Below are positions 14,201-24,922 of a DNA stretch of 64,000 nucleotides, piece by piece; the first letter of the stretch is position 1, and each line of letters begins with the position of its first letter. Both the position numbers and the translations under genes were made by a program. The notes under the pieces were generated by a model, which had not been told where the DNA came from, ran no database searches, and saw only the letters and a list, made by a program, of their open reading frames with translations. The stretch lies in NCBI RefSeq assembly GCF_031769215.1, contig NW_026782558.1, positions 992,001 through 1,056,000 on the forward strand, written 5' to 3'. Origin of the DNA: Ylistrum balloti. Lineage: Eukaryota.

Positions 14201-16313
14201 AGAAATAGAAACTCTTTACTGTTAACACTTGCCTATACGCAGGTGAAGAATAGAAACTCTTTACTGTTAACACTTGCCTATACGCAGGTGAAGAATAGAA
14301 ACTCTTTACTGTTAACACTTGCCTATACGCAGGTGAAGAATAGAAACTCTTTACTGTTAACACTTGCCTATACGCAGGTGAAGAATAGAAACTCTTTACT
14401 GTTAACACTTGCCTATACGCAGGTGAAGAATAGAAACTCTTTACTGTTAACACTTGCCTATACGCAGGTGAAGAATAGAAACTCTTTACTGTTAACACTT
14501 GCCTATACGCAGGTGAAGAATAGAAACTCTTTACTGTTAACACTTGCCTATACGCAGGTGAAGTAGAAACTCTTTACTGTTAACACTTGCCTATACGCAG
14601 GTGAAGAAGGGAGAAACTCTTTACTGTTAACACTTGCCTATACGCAGGTGAAGAATAGAAACTCTTTACTGTTAACACTTGCCTATACGCAGGTGAAAGG
14701 GAGAAACTCTTTACTGTTAACACTTGCCTATACGCAGGTGAAGAATAGAAACTCTTTACTGTTAACACTTGCCTATACGCAGGTGAAGAATAGAAACTCT
14801 TTACTGTTAACACTTGCCTATACGCAGGTGAAGAATAGAAACTCTTTACTGTTAACACTTGCCTATACGCAGGTGAAGAATAGAAACTCTTTACTGTTAA
14901 CACTTGCCTATACGCAGGTGAAGAATAGAAACTCTTTACTGTTAACACTTGCCTATACGCAGGTGAAGAATAGAAACTCTTTACTGTTAACACTTGCCTA
15001 TACGCAGGTGAAGAATAGAAACTCTTTACTGTTAACACTTGCCTATACGCAGGTGAAAAGAACTCTTTACTGTTAAACTCTTTACTGTTAACACTTGCCT
15101 ATACGCAGGTGAAAGGGAGAAACTCTTTACTGTTAACACTTGCCTATACGCAGGTGAAGAATAGAAACTCTTTACTGTTAACACTTGCCTATACGCAGGT
15201 GAAGAATAGAAACTCTTTACTGTTAACACTTGCCTATACGCAGGTTAACACTTGCCTATACGCAGGTGAAGAATAGAAACTCTTTACTGTTAACACTTGC
15301 CTATACGCAGGTGAAGAATAGAAACTCTTTACTGTTAACACTTGCCTATACGCAGGTGAAGAATAGAAACTCTTTACTGTTAACACTTGCCTATACGCAG
15401 GTGAAGAATAGAAACTCTTTACTGTTAACACTTGCCTATACGCAGGTGAAAGGGAGAAACTCTTTACTGTTAACACTTGCCTATACGCAATAGAAACTCT
15501 TTACTGTTAACACTTGCCTATACGCAGGTGAAAGGGAGAAACTCTTTACTGTTAACACTTGCCTATACGCAGGTGAAAGGGAGAAACTCTTTACTGTTAA
15601 CACTTGCCTATACGCAGGTGAAAGAAAGAAACTCTTTACTGTTAACACTTGCCTATACGCAGGTGAAGAATATAAACTCTTTACTGTCAACACTTGCCTA
15701 TACGCAGGTGAAAGGGAGAAACTGTTTACTGTTAACACTTGCCTATATGCAGGTGAAGAATAGAAACTCTTTACTGTTAACACTTGCCTATACGCAGGTG
15801 AAGAATAGAAACTCTTTACTGTTAACACTTGCCTATACGCAGGTGAAGAATAGAAACTCTTTACTGTTAACACTTGCCTATACGCAGGTGAAGCCTATAA
15901 TAGAAACTCTTTACTGTTAACACTTGCCTATACGCAGGTGAAAGGGAGAAACTCTTTACTGTTAACACTTGCCTATACGCTGGTGAAGAATAGAAACTAT
16001 TTACTGTTAACACTTGCCTTTACGCAGGTGAAGAATAGAAACTCTTTACTGTTAACACTTGCCTATACGCAGGTGAAAGGAGAAACTCTTTACTGTTAAC
16101 ACTTGCCTATACGCAGGTGAAAGGGAGAAACTCTTTACTGTTAACACTTGCCTATACGCAGGTGAAGAATAGAAACTCTTTACTGTTAACACTTGCCTAT
16201 ACGCAGGTGAAGAATAGAAACTCTTCACTGTAAACACTTGCCTATACGCAGGTGAAAGGGAGAAACTCTTTACTGGTAACACTTGCCTATACGCAGGTGA
16301 AGAATAGAAATCT
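5297..16313. repeat. 45-bp tandem array (minisatellite/satellite), about 245 copies, 11 kb
   Basis: The unit is ACTGTTAACACTTGCCTATACGCAGGTGAAGAATAGAAACTCTTT, with two main variants (GAAGAATAG vs GAAAGGGAG). Edge units are more divergent, and both ends terminate in GGTGAAGA..AGAAA(A)TCT. Confidence 0.99.
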
Positions 16314-17704
16314 AACTTTCAAATATGCTTACATCACTGAAAAACAGGAACCATCTTACCGAAAATTCTGGCATGAACGGCCATAGTGATGGGAGTAGGA
16401 ACTAAGGCTTAAACCTTCGAGTAACTAGCGCTATCAGTGTGTATCTGGCAGAGTTTTACAAGTGCATGTCACATTGCCTCGCTTTATACAGGTTGATATA
16501 AAAAACTGGTATAGGGTTATAGCATAACAAAACCCAGTAACATGTAATTATTGTCATTATCTACAGTAAATGTCACAACAGGAAGTGCTTCACTGTTCGT
16601 AATAAATGATACCATATCAGAACATAGTAGTCGTTCGCCAAGAGTTACGTCCCCTTCACATCTCCGTCGTAACAGGCTTCCCATTAGAAAGATACGACAT
16701 TTGGCATGTTTTTATTAAAGTTAAGGTACAAATGGTTGTTGCTACATCTATTACATTTCGTGACAACGACACAAGGATGTTTTATGCATGCTCCAGTAGT
16801 TATAATGAAAAGCAATCAAAGGAAACATCCGTAAAATTACTCGAGTTCATCTTGCAGCTTGCTGCTATTACAACGTGAAACACCGTGGCGGACGAACGGG
16901 TTTCCCCAAGTTCAATATAGGTTACTATAAATATTTATCCAATAAGCTATTACGCTCGATATGACGCATTAGGGATTTAATCCCATCTGTCAAATGAAAT
17001 TGGTCAACAGAAAATCTATTTTAAGCCCGTAATTACCGGCATGACGATGCAGTGTTGATGCAAATAGACGCCTTCAGAAATAGTTCCGGGCCAAGGAAAA
17101 ACGGACCAATGACAACAAAATTGAAACAGTAACTTTATTAACAACAATAAATTGACATTCCTTGTCAAATAAAGCATATATCAAAACTAGATATACATAT
17201 ATCCATTATCAAAAGCCATCACTCCACAACTATTTTTTTATTTAAAACGAAGTCAGAAACACTTGCATATTTATATGTAGCCACAATGGCTTGTCTAGAT
17301 AATTAAGATAATAAAAATAATTTCGAAAAGTCCCTGTGATTTTGCTACTTCTGGTTATTAATTTTGTAAATATGCTTTTTTTCTCACATGATGTACAAAA
17401 TATTGCCCCATTAGGATATTCTGACAAGGTGAAGTTAACGACGCCATCAAAAGACCATGGCTGCAATAGTAATAATGGTATTGACTTATCTGCAAATAAA
17501 TTGGCAACCATACAACTTAATGCTAGAATCACTGTAATTCCTCCACCAGTATGAGTGATTTACATTATTCTGATAGTGTAACAAACAAGCTCTGTCCCGT
17601 CAGTTTATCCTAATAGGGATCTATGAAGGTATAATGGAATGCTGACAATGTTCATATATTGAACAATCATTTTAATTTGTCACATGAAAAAAACAAAAAA
17701 CAAA

Positions 17705-18097
17705 AACAAGAGCCTGTTTCAGGTCACGAAATACGCCTGTGATTTTGTCTGACTATCACCTACACTATTTATGCTGTATATAATATATTGCATTTGTTTC
17801 AATGGTAATTGCGTAATACTTTGCAAAGTTATTGCACCGACATTGAAAAGGTTACAGACATTAATGGGCCGTAACTCTAAAAGTTGTGGATCAAAAATCA
17901 TGGAAATCAAACTCAATCTAGCTTTGATTGTACTTAAGCTTGCAATGAAAGTTAAAAGAAATCTGTTAAGGCTTAATAAATTCCAAAATCGCTGGGACAT
18001 TGAAATGTTTACGAACAGAGGGACATACGGACGGAAGATGGACGGATGGAAGACGAGAATACCATAATATGTCCTGTCATTTGACGGATGTATAAAA
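17705..18097 (+). mobile_element. Non-autonomous Helentron/HINE-like element; a second terminus fragment lies at about 18228-18260
   Basis: It starts AACAAGAG and has a GGACGGAAGATGGACGGATGG microsatellite remnant, followed by ATACCATAAT..CCTGTCATTTGACGG (stem-loop) and TATAAAA. ACAAGAGGCCCATGGGCC..GGTCACCT occurs nearby. This layout is recalled from bivalve Helentron-associated elements and was not database-verified. Confidence 0.5.
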
Positions 18098-18519
18098 TAC
18101 ATAAATATCAAACAAAAAAAAGAAGTAAATAAATGTAAAGATCATAAATCTAAAATAATAAGCAAAATCACTTGAGGTACGCATATTGTGCATAAAAATA
18201 CATTGAAAAATTAATTTAAGATTAGAAACAAGAGGCCCATGGGCCTTATCGGTCACCTTAGAATCAATCACTTCACAAGCAATGGTAAGAACTGACAGTA
18301 TTTCTGATATTGATTTACATTTATTATTAACAGCTAATAGTTGTCTGCTGTTTAAAGAATTATAAAAAAAATCATCACATGTTTTGTTTTTTATTTGTCT
18401 ATTTCATTATATCTAGGAACATTTATCTTATAGTGATATAGTGACAGCTGTCAGTTGCTCACTTATTATGAGTCCATACTAGTTTATGGAGAAATTACTG
18501 AAATTAGCATGTCTATGTG

Positions 18520-18860
18520 TGCTTGATGATGAAGATAATGATGTTGACTGTGTCTAAGAATCTGCAGCATCCTTATGCATGGAAGTTAAAGTGTGTGAAG
18601 AAGCTGATAATGAGGATGTGTGATGCTGCTGTGTGATGCTGCTGATGTTGATATATATGATGATGTTGAGGTGTGACGATGCTGATTTGGTATGTGATAA
18701 TGCGGATGTGTAATGCTGCTGAAGTGTGATGATGCTAATGTTGATAGGTGACCATAATGATGCTGATGGTATGTGATGATGCTAATGTGTGACGAGGATG
18801 ATGATTGTATATGATGACGTTGATGTCAGATGCTGATGTTGTTTGTATATGTAACAATGC
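18520..18860. repeat. Degenerate (TGA/TGC)n low-complexity tract
   Basis: Recurring GTGTGATGATGCTGATG-like words. Confidence 0.75.
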
Positions 18861-19515
18861 TGGAGTGCTAGTATGGCTGCAAGTTATAAATATATGTTTA
18901 GAGTGATTGTGTTACATAGTGTCTATGATAGTTAAGATATAGTGTGCAACTCAAAATGCTGTGTGTTTAGTGGTGAAAATGATGCATGACTATACTCTGT
19001 AAGTGTGTGACGATGGGAGTTATAGACTGATAGTATATATGAATCTATTTATTCCTCATGTGTTTTTCGATAAATAAAAAATAAACAAATATATATAAAT
19101 AAATAAAAATAAAATTGATATTATCCCTGTTAATAATTAACATTTAAAATTACTTTTGCTAAATGATTCTCTTGGCATGTTTAAATGGGTTAAAATTTCC
19201 CTTGCACCGGTTGCAGTGCGCTTCCATAAAATTCTACAACGATACTACGCGATCTCTAAAAACTACAGCTCAAGCACCATTTCATCAATTAAATAATATT
19301 AATATAATACAAAAAGAACTATTACTTACGCACAAGAACTCACCACAGTTCCCCTGTAAGCAATTTCTTTCCGTGAGGTGCGCGTAATACCCGCTATGCT
19401 TACATAAAAATAAAATCAAGTAGGAAAGCTCCGTGCGGGGAGGTAACTCTGCACGAACGTCAAAAATATTCTGATATGATCCTAAAAATATAAGCATAAC
19501 ACAAAATGAAAGGTT

Positions 19516-19780
19516 TTCTCGTAATGTGTTATGATTTCTCGAAGTGTTCTCGTAATGTGTTATGATTTATCGATGTGTTCTCGTGATGTGTTATGATTTC
19601 GCGAAGCTAGTGTTATCTTAATGTGTTATGATTTATCAAAGTGTTCACGTGATGTGTTTTTTTTTTGTTTTTGCTTGATTTCTCGAAGTGTTCTCGTGAT
19701 GTGTTATGATTTCTCGATGTGTTCTCGTGATGTGTTATGATTGTCGAAGTGTTCTCGTGATGTGTTATGATTTCTCGAAT
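19516..19780. repeat. 30-31-bp tandem repeat, about 8 copies
   Basis: The unit is TTCTCGTGATGTGTTATGATTTCTCGAAGTG; starts at 19516 and 19547 give period 31. Confidence 0.9.
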
Positions 19781-21119
19781 ATCATGGTATCTACCACTTT
19801 CGATATTCATCTGTAAGCTAATTTTGTAATATCCACTGAATCTCACATATGACTTAAGACGAGTACATAGTAAAAACGTGCCGAGCGTTGATTCATCTTG
19901 TATGGGACGAAGTTTACTTTTGGTCAAAAACATCACGGAAAAATACAAATAAATGACTTGAGCAAGACTACAGTGAACGTCGGCGCATGTCACTGGAAAG
20001 AGACCAGGAAATAAATGCACAACGTTACGTTCAGTCCGGCTATTATTGACTACCGTGGTACAAGTACGAAAATCTGCAGGTGACTTGGACGTTCTGTGAG
20101 TAAAAGGGTGTAGGAATATAGTTTCAGGAATTAACATTCTGGTATTTCATTTTAAGCTTCGCTGTTTGACCTACATTATGTAGATCGAGTTGAACCTATT
20201 ACTGTCGTTTCAAGCGTGCACAGTGTACACGAATTACGAAATGTGTAGCAATATAACGCATCGATTGAATATTTTCATGTGAAAAACAATTCAATTTACC
20301 TGTAGGTGTGTTCTAATTGTGATCTACTTAGAACTAGTCTAGATATGTGGCGATTAAACGGGGTCATCCGACATCGAGAACTTGGACAAAAGTGAAAGTA
20401 CAAATTAACGGAAAATAGTTCAGCGTATCTTTTATATATTGTGCCTCAATTTGCTAGTATTTTAAAGTCAGATGTACATATTGCATTCGTCTCATGTTTT
20501 CAAACTTGTTTCATGAAGCTTCACGGTTGATATATATGCGTATAGTACGATCGCTACTGACAGCACGTACAGTGGTTAGAAACGGATTTGTATAAAATGT
20601 GAAAGACGAGTTATGCAAACAACAGCAATCTTTATACTATTTTAAACACATGGTTACAATCCGATGCTGTGGTTACGACGTATAATGGGTGTGATTTTGA
20701 CTATCGGTCTAGTGCAAGTTGTAAACTATGTAAACTGTTATAGTTACCTCCCTTTAACCATCAATCATAAAAATGATGGTTATACTTGTATTTTAGGTGC
20801 TAACTTGAATTGACACATTGTGCATTTTACCAACTTAAAATCTATTTTACAAAGTGAAAAAAATGTTATATCCACGTTTACAGCATTTGATTTGCTATGA
20901 CTCATAGGCAAGTTAATATAAACATGTTTCATTCGAAGTTTTTGCTAGTGAAAAATAAAGACATTTACTACTTTTTTGCCAATGAAGTATAGAGAAATAT
21001 CACATTGATAAAAGTGTGACTTTCACCAGTGAAAAATGGCACTTTTGCGGACTTACTGTACAACAATAAAAAAAAAGTTAAATAGAGACCTAGAGACTTT
21101 AAATTGACTTTGTCAAAAA

Positions 21120-22310
21120 CTTTGTTGATTAATTCTAATCCTGGAAATCCACTGATATCGAAGAATACTTAGACTTAGAATTTGATGGGACAGTTTTAAA
21201 TTTTACAGATTATCATGAACATTTAGGTATAACCTTTAATTCGCATGCAAAGTTTTGGGATCATGTAAATGAAATTTACACTTCGGTTTAGAAAAAAAAA
21301 TCAATGTCTTAAGGAAATTGAAACACTTATTAAGTAGGGATGCTCTTTCAAAAATTTATAAGACTTTTTATCTGTTTTAGAATATGCTTGTGAGTTGTTG
21401 GACGGTTGCAGTGTGTTTGAATCAGAAAAGTTAGAAAAAGCCCAACGTGAAGCGGTTCTCATTATATTAGGACTGCCGTCATATTCCCTTATTAATACTT
21501 TATACTACGAAACGGGTCTTAAAACCCTATCTTATCGCAGAAAAAATTGGAAACTTCAACTAATGTATAAGATGCATAATAAATTAACTCCTGAATACCT
21601 CAATCATCTTTTGCCGCCCTTATCTGACGAAAATGATCGTTACTAATTACGTAACATTGGTAACGGTAGGATTCCTCATTTTAGACTGTCTCTAACTAAT
21701 TCAACTTTTCTACCTTCTACTCTTTACTGATGGAATAACTTAGAAAATTCGGTTCGATCCCAACCCACTATTAATTAATTCAAATCTTGTTTAACATCAA
21801 GTAATCGGTCAAAGCCACCAATTTACTATAAAATTGGAAATAGCAAACTTAATAATATATTGCATACAAAGACCCGATACCATTGCAGTTCCCTTAATTA
21901 TTACTCTTTTTAGAGTTAACCTCGTCGAGAATGCGTCTTGTGAATGTGGTCATCCTTGTGAGAATGTCTTTCACTATTTTATTGAATGTCAACGTTTTTC
22001 GAACGAAAGACGTATTTTAGTTCAAAATTTAAATAATTAGAACGTTGCATTAGATATAGAAATTCTTTTGTTTGGCAATTCTCAATTTTCCATGGACCTT
22101 AATTCAAACATTTAAAAATAATTTCAAAACTATATTAAATCCAGCAAGAGGTTTTAATGCCAATGTGTATCAGTCATTGTATATTTGTATTGTCATGATT
22201 GTAATGTCATTTAAAATGTATATTGGGAGAAGGCGTTGATAAGTTGCAATAACTTGTGCCTAATCCTTTGTCTTTCTTTTGGCAATACATATATTTAAAC
22301 TATAAAACAA
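21120..22310 (+). mobile_element. 5'-truncated, decayed CR1/L2-clade LINE (RT C-terminus, CCHC-like tail, 3' UTR)
   Basis: Broken frames read HEHLGITF...NVLRKLKHLLSRDALSKIY, LEYACELLDGCS...EKLEKAQREA...LYYETGLKTLSYRRK...LMYKMHN...PEYL and CECGHPCENVFHYFIEC. Several stops and frameshifts are present. Confidence 0.85.
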
Positions 22311-22978
22311 TAAAAAGAGGGAACAAAACGTTATCTTATAAAATTGACCAATCATAAAGCTCATTACAACATCCCCTCCAAAACCCACCCACACAACCAG
22401 AAACCAGAAGTCTGAAGGGGTGGTTTATGCATTAATTTATTTGCATAACGGACTGTGGACTCCCGAACCATCATAAAAAAAGGCGATTGATAGAAACTTA
22501 CATGACCTTCACAATATCCCTTCAAGCATTCATAAGAACTTAAAATAAATAAGGAAGTTGAAAACATTAATACAACATATACATTAATTGGTTCTCAATA
22601 AAACCTAAAATATCCGATTAGGATAAAAATACGTTCGATTTCCTGTACATCGAATTTCCGGTGTAAAGGACACCCTAGCGGAAGGAAGTTTTACTAATGT
22701 AAGTCGGTCCTTACCCAGAGCTGCCATCACTGGCTCTTGTGAGACTTACCTAGTGTGGCGCGCATTTATTGACTTTTCGACAAGTTTTGTAGTTTTGTAC
22801 CCAGGATATCTAGTTTAAAAAAAATACGAAAAATACGAAAAACACAAAATAGTTTTTTATGACTTAAAAACCTACATAGTAGTTATCACAGTTTGCTCTC
22901 GCTCTAAAGTTGGTCTAAGTGATGCATAATTATCGATTGTAAAGCTAATATGTCGTGCTCTATTTCCAGAGGACCATT

Positions 22979-23965
22979 ATGCCAATAGCACACAAGGACG
23001 CGGAAAAAATACGAGCTCATATGGACTACATTATTGATAATTTTGATGTAACAGAATTTCAGAGTAAATTGGTAGGACAAGGACTGAAGCTTCCTGATGT
23101 TGACGTGCTTAATCGGGAGAAAGTGATTCGTGAGAAAAACAGAAAATGTCTTAAATATCTAATTAATTCTGAAAATGCAGATTATCAAGTGTTAATTGAT
23201 CTTCTGAGGAGGCATAATTATACCGAAGTTGTGGCAAAACTCGAAAGTGGACTGCAACCCGAGAAAGCAACGTGTAAAGGTGAGTAATTCTTAAATTGGT
23301 CAAAAGTTTCCCTCGTCTCTTAGTTAAAAAATACAGAAAAAAAACTGTGTTATCAAAAAGAAAAAAAAATGACGAAAAGGTTTTGCTGGAAAAAACATAC
23401 ACATACACACAAAACTGACTGAAAATCTGGATGTGCATATTACAAGAATATGTTTTTAATTACTTATTGTGTTCGTTTCTTTGGCTAGTTTGAATAAGAT
23501 ATGCGTAAAAACGGAAAATTGGACATCATGTCTTATTGCTAAATATGATACAGTAAGATCCAGATAAATATGATTTATTCTATGTCATTAAGCTATCTTT
23601 TACGCAAATTAAATGCAAACTATACTTTTTTAGCAGGCAGTACAGTTCCAAGTATCCATGTACCGGAAAACAAACGCCATATATGTCTGACTGAGAAACA
23701 CCTGGTGCGCTTGTTCAAACCAGTTTCTGTTAAGGACAAGCTAGCGTGGGCTACCTGTTTAGGTGTACCGCAGCGGGAAGTAGAAGCCATAGAAATGGAC
23801 AATCGGTTCAGCACCGACACACAAATGTTCAAAATTTTGATTTGTTGGAGGAAAAGACCCGATTGCACACTTGGTGTACTTATGGACTTATACAATTACT
23901 CGGTGGAAAATGGCGTAGAAATAGACACAGAAGCTTTGCAAGGTATTATTGATAACATACGTTAG
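22979..23965 (+). CDS. CARD + death-domain adaptor (CRADD/RAIDD-like architecture), 209-210 aa; exons 22979-23279 and 23634(or 23637)-23965
   Basis: Exon 1 encodes a six-helix CARD-like sequence (MPIAHKDAEKIRAHMDYIIDNFDV...YTEVVAKLES). Exon 2 encodes a death-domain pattern (AWATCLGVPQREVEAIEMDN...QMFKILICWRKR..CTLGVL). The phase-1 junction is AAAG|gtgagt...ttttag|CAG|GC, and an acceptor ttccag lies just upstream of the ATG. Confidence 0.8.
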
Positions 23966-24922
23966 CAGGATAACAGACAAAGTATTGATGATTGGTCGCT
24001 GGTATTGGAGAGCGCGGTCCTCGTTTCTCATGGATTCCATGTTCATGTCTTTTATCACTGTACATAAACAAACAAAATCAATCAATCAATAAATGAATAA
24101 AAACGGGGAATTCCCTCGCACCAAACAACCACTTTGACTTTTAGAAAATGTTTCGAATGTTTGTTTGAATTCTGGAGGTCAATAAGTGTTTAACAGCCAG
24201 TTTGAACCCTAGTTGTATAAAAAAAACCCATTTATTATGAAGTATGACCTTCAAAGGTAACTTAGACCTACAAATGCATGTCTGGAAATTCTTTCTAGAA
24301 TGCTGCCGGTGTCAAAGAAAATACTGTGACCGTGAAATACCGTGTTGAGTCTTTACTTAAGTCTTACGAGCTTGCATGATGGATGCCCTGTATAAAATTG
24401 CTTATGGAATTCCGATGTTGATGTTAAAATGTTTGATTTCTTGTTTGATGTATTTCGAACGTAGATCTAGCCATAGAAATTTCAATATGTTCGAGTAAAT
24501 GGTGTTATTTTTAAATCACTTTATCCAACTTAATATTATATTCAAGTCTCAAATAAAATTTATCAACAAAGCTGTTGTAAGCATCAAATGTGCAATACTT
24601 AATCATTTTACCTTCCATGGGTAAAATAAAGAACCGACTGTAAAAGACGATAGACCCTTCTGTCGTAAAATAGTGTGAACGTCTGTAAATACTGCGACCT
24701 TCCCACTGCAATTATGAGCAGCATTGTAAAATAATTGATACTCCATCTTTACAGAATGTAAAGTTCCCATTTCTGAATATAATACTGTGTCACTACTTAT
24801 GTGAAAATGTGATCGTCAATCTACATAATACGCCAACCCTGACATTATAGCACTACGCGACGTCCTCTCTGTCACTCTATTCATCCTTTACATTATTGTG
24901 ACTTTCCTGTAAACGTTGCCAC

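Noticed and set aside
5381-16282. Long ORFs on both strands (KNRNSLLLTLAYTQV and LTVKSFYSSPAYRQV repeats, up to 724 aa)
   Set aside because: A 45-bp unit is 15 codons, so stop-free frames arise automatically. They are broken by frameshifting indels and have no unique termini.
5297-16313. CRISPR-like or spacer-encoding array
   Set aside because: Units are contiguous with no unique spacers, there are no cas genes, and the context is eukaryotic.
17242-17554. Possible exon or ORF on either strand
   Set aside because: There are no convincing splice pairs or recognisable homology, and in-frame stops lie close by.
21030-21062. Possible TA-flanked DNA-transposon terminal repeat (..GCGGACTTACTGTA)
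   Set aside because: I found no partner inverted repeat.
24105-24115. Perfect NF-kB-like site GGGGAATTCCC after the CARD-DD gene (another GGGTTTCCCC near 16898)
   Set aside because: These are single short motifs; the first lies downstream of AATAAA signals. Chance occurrence cannot be excluded.
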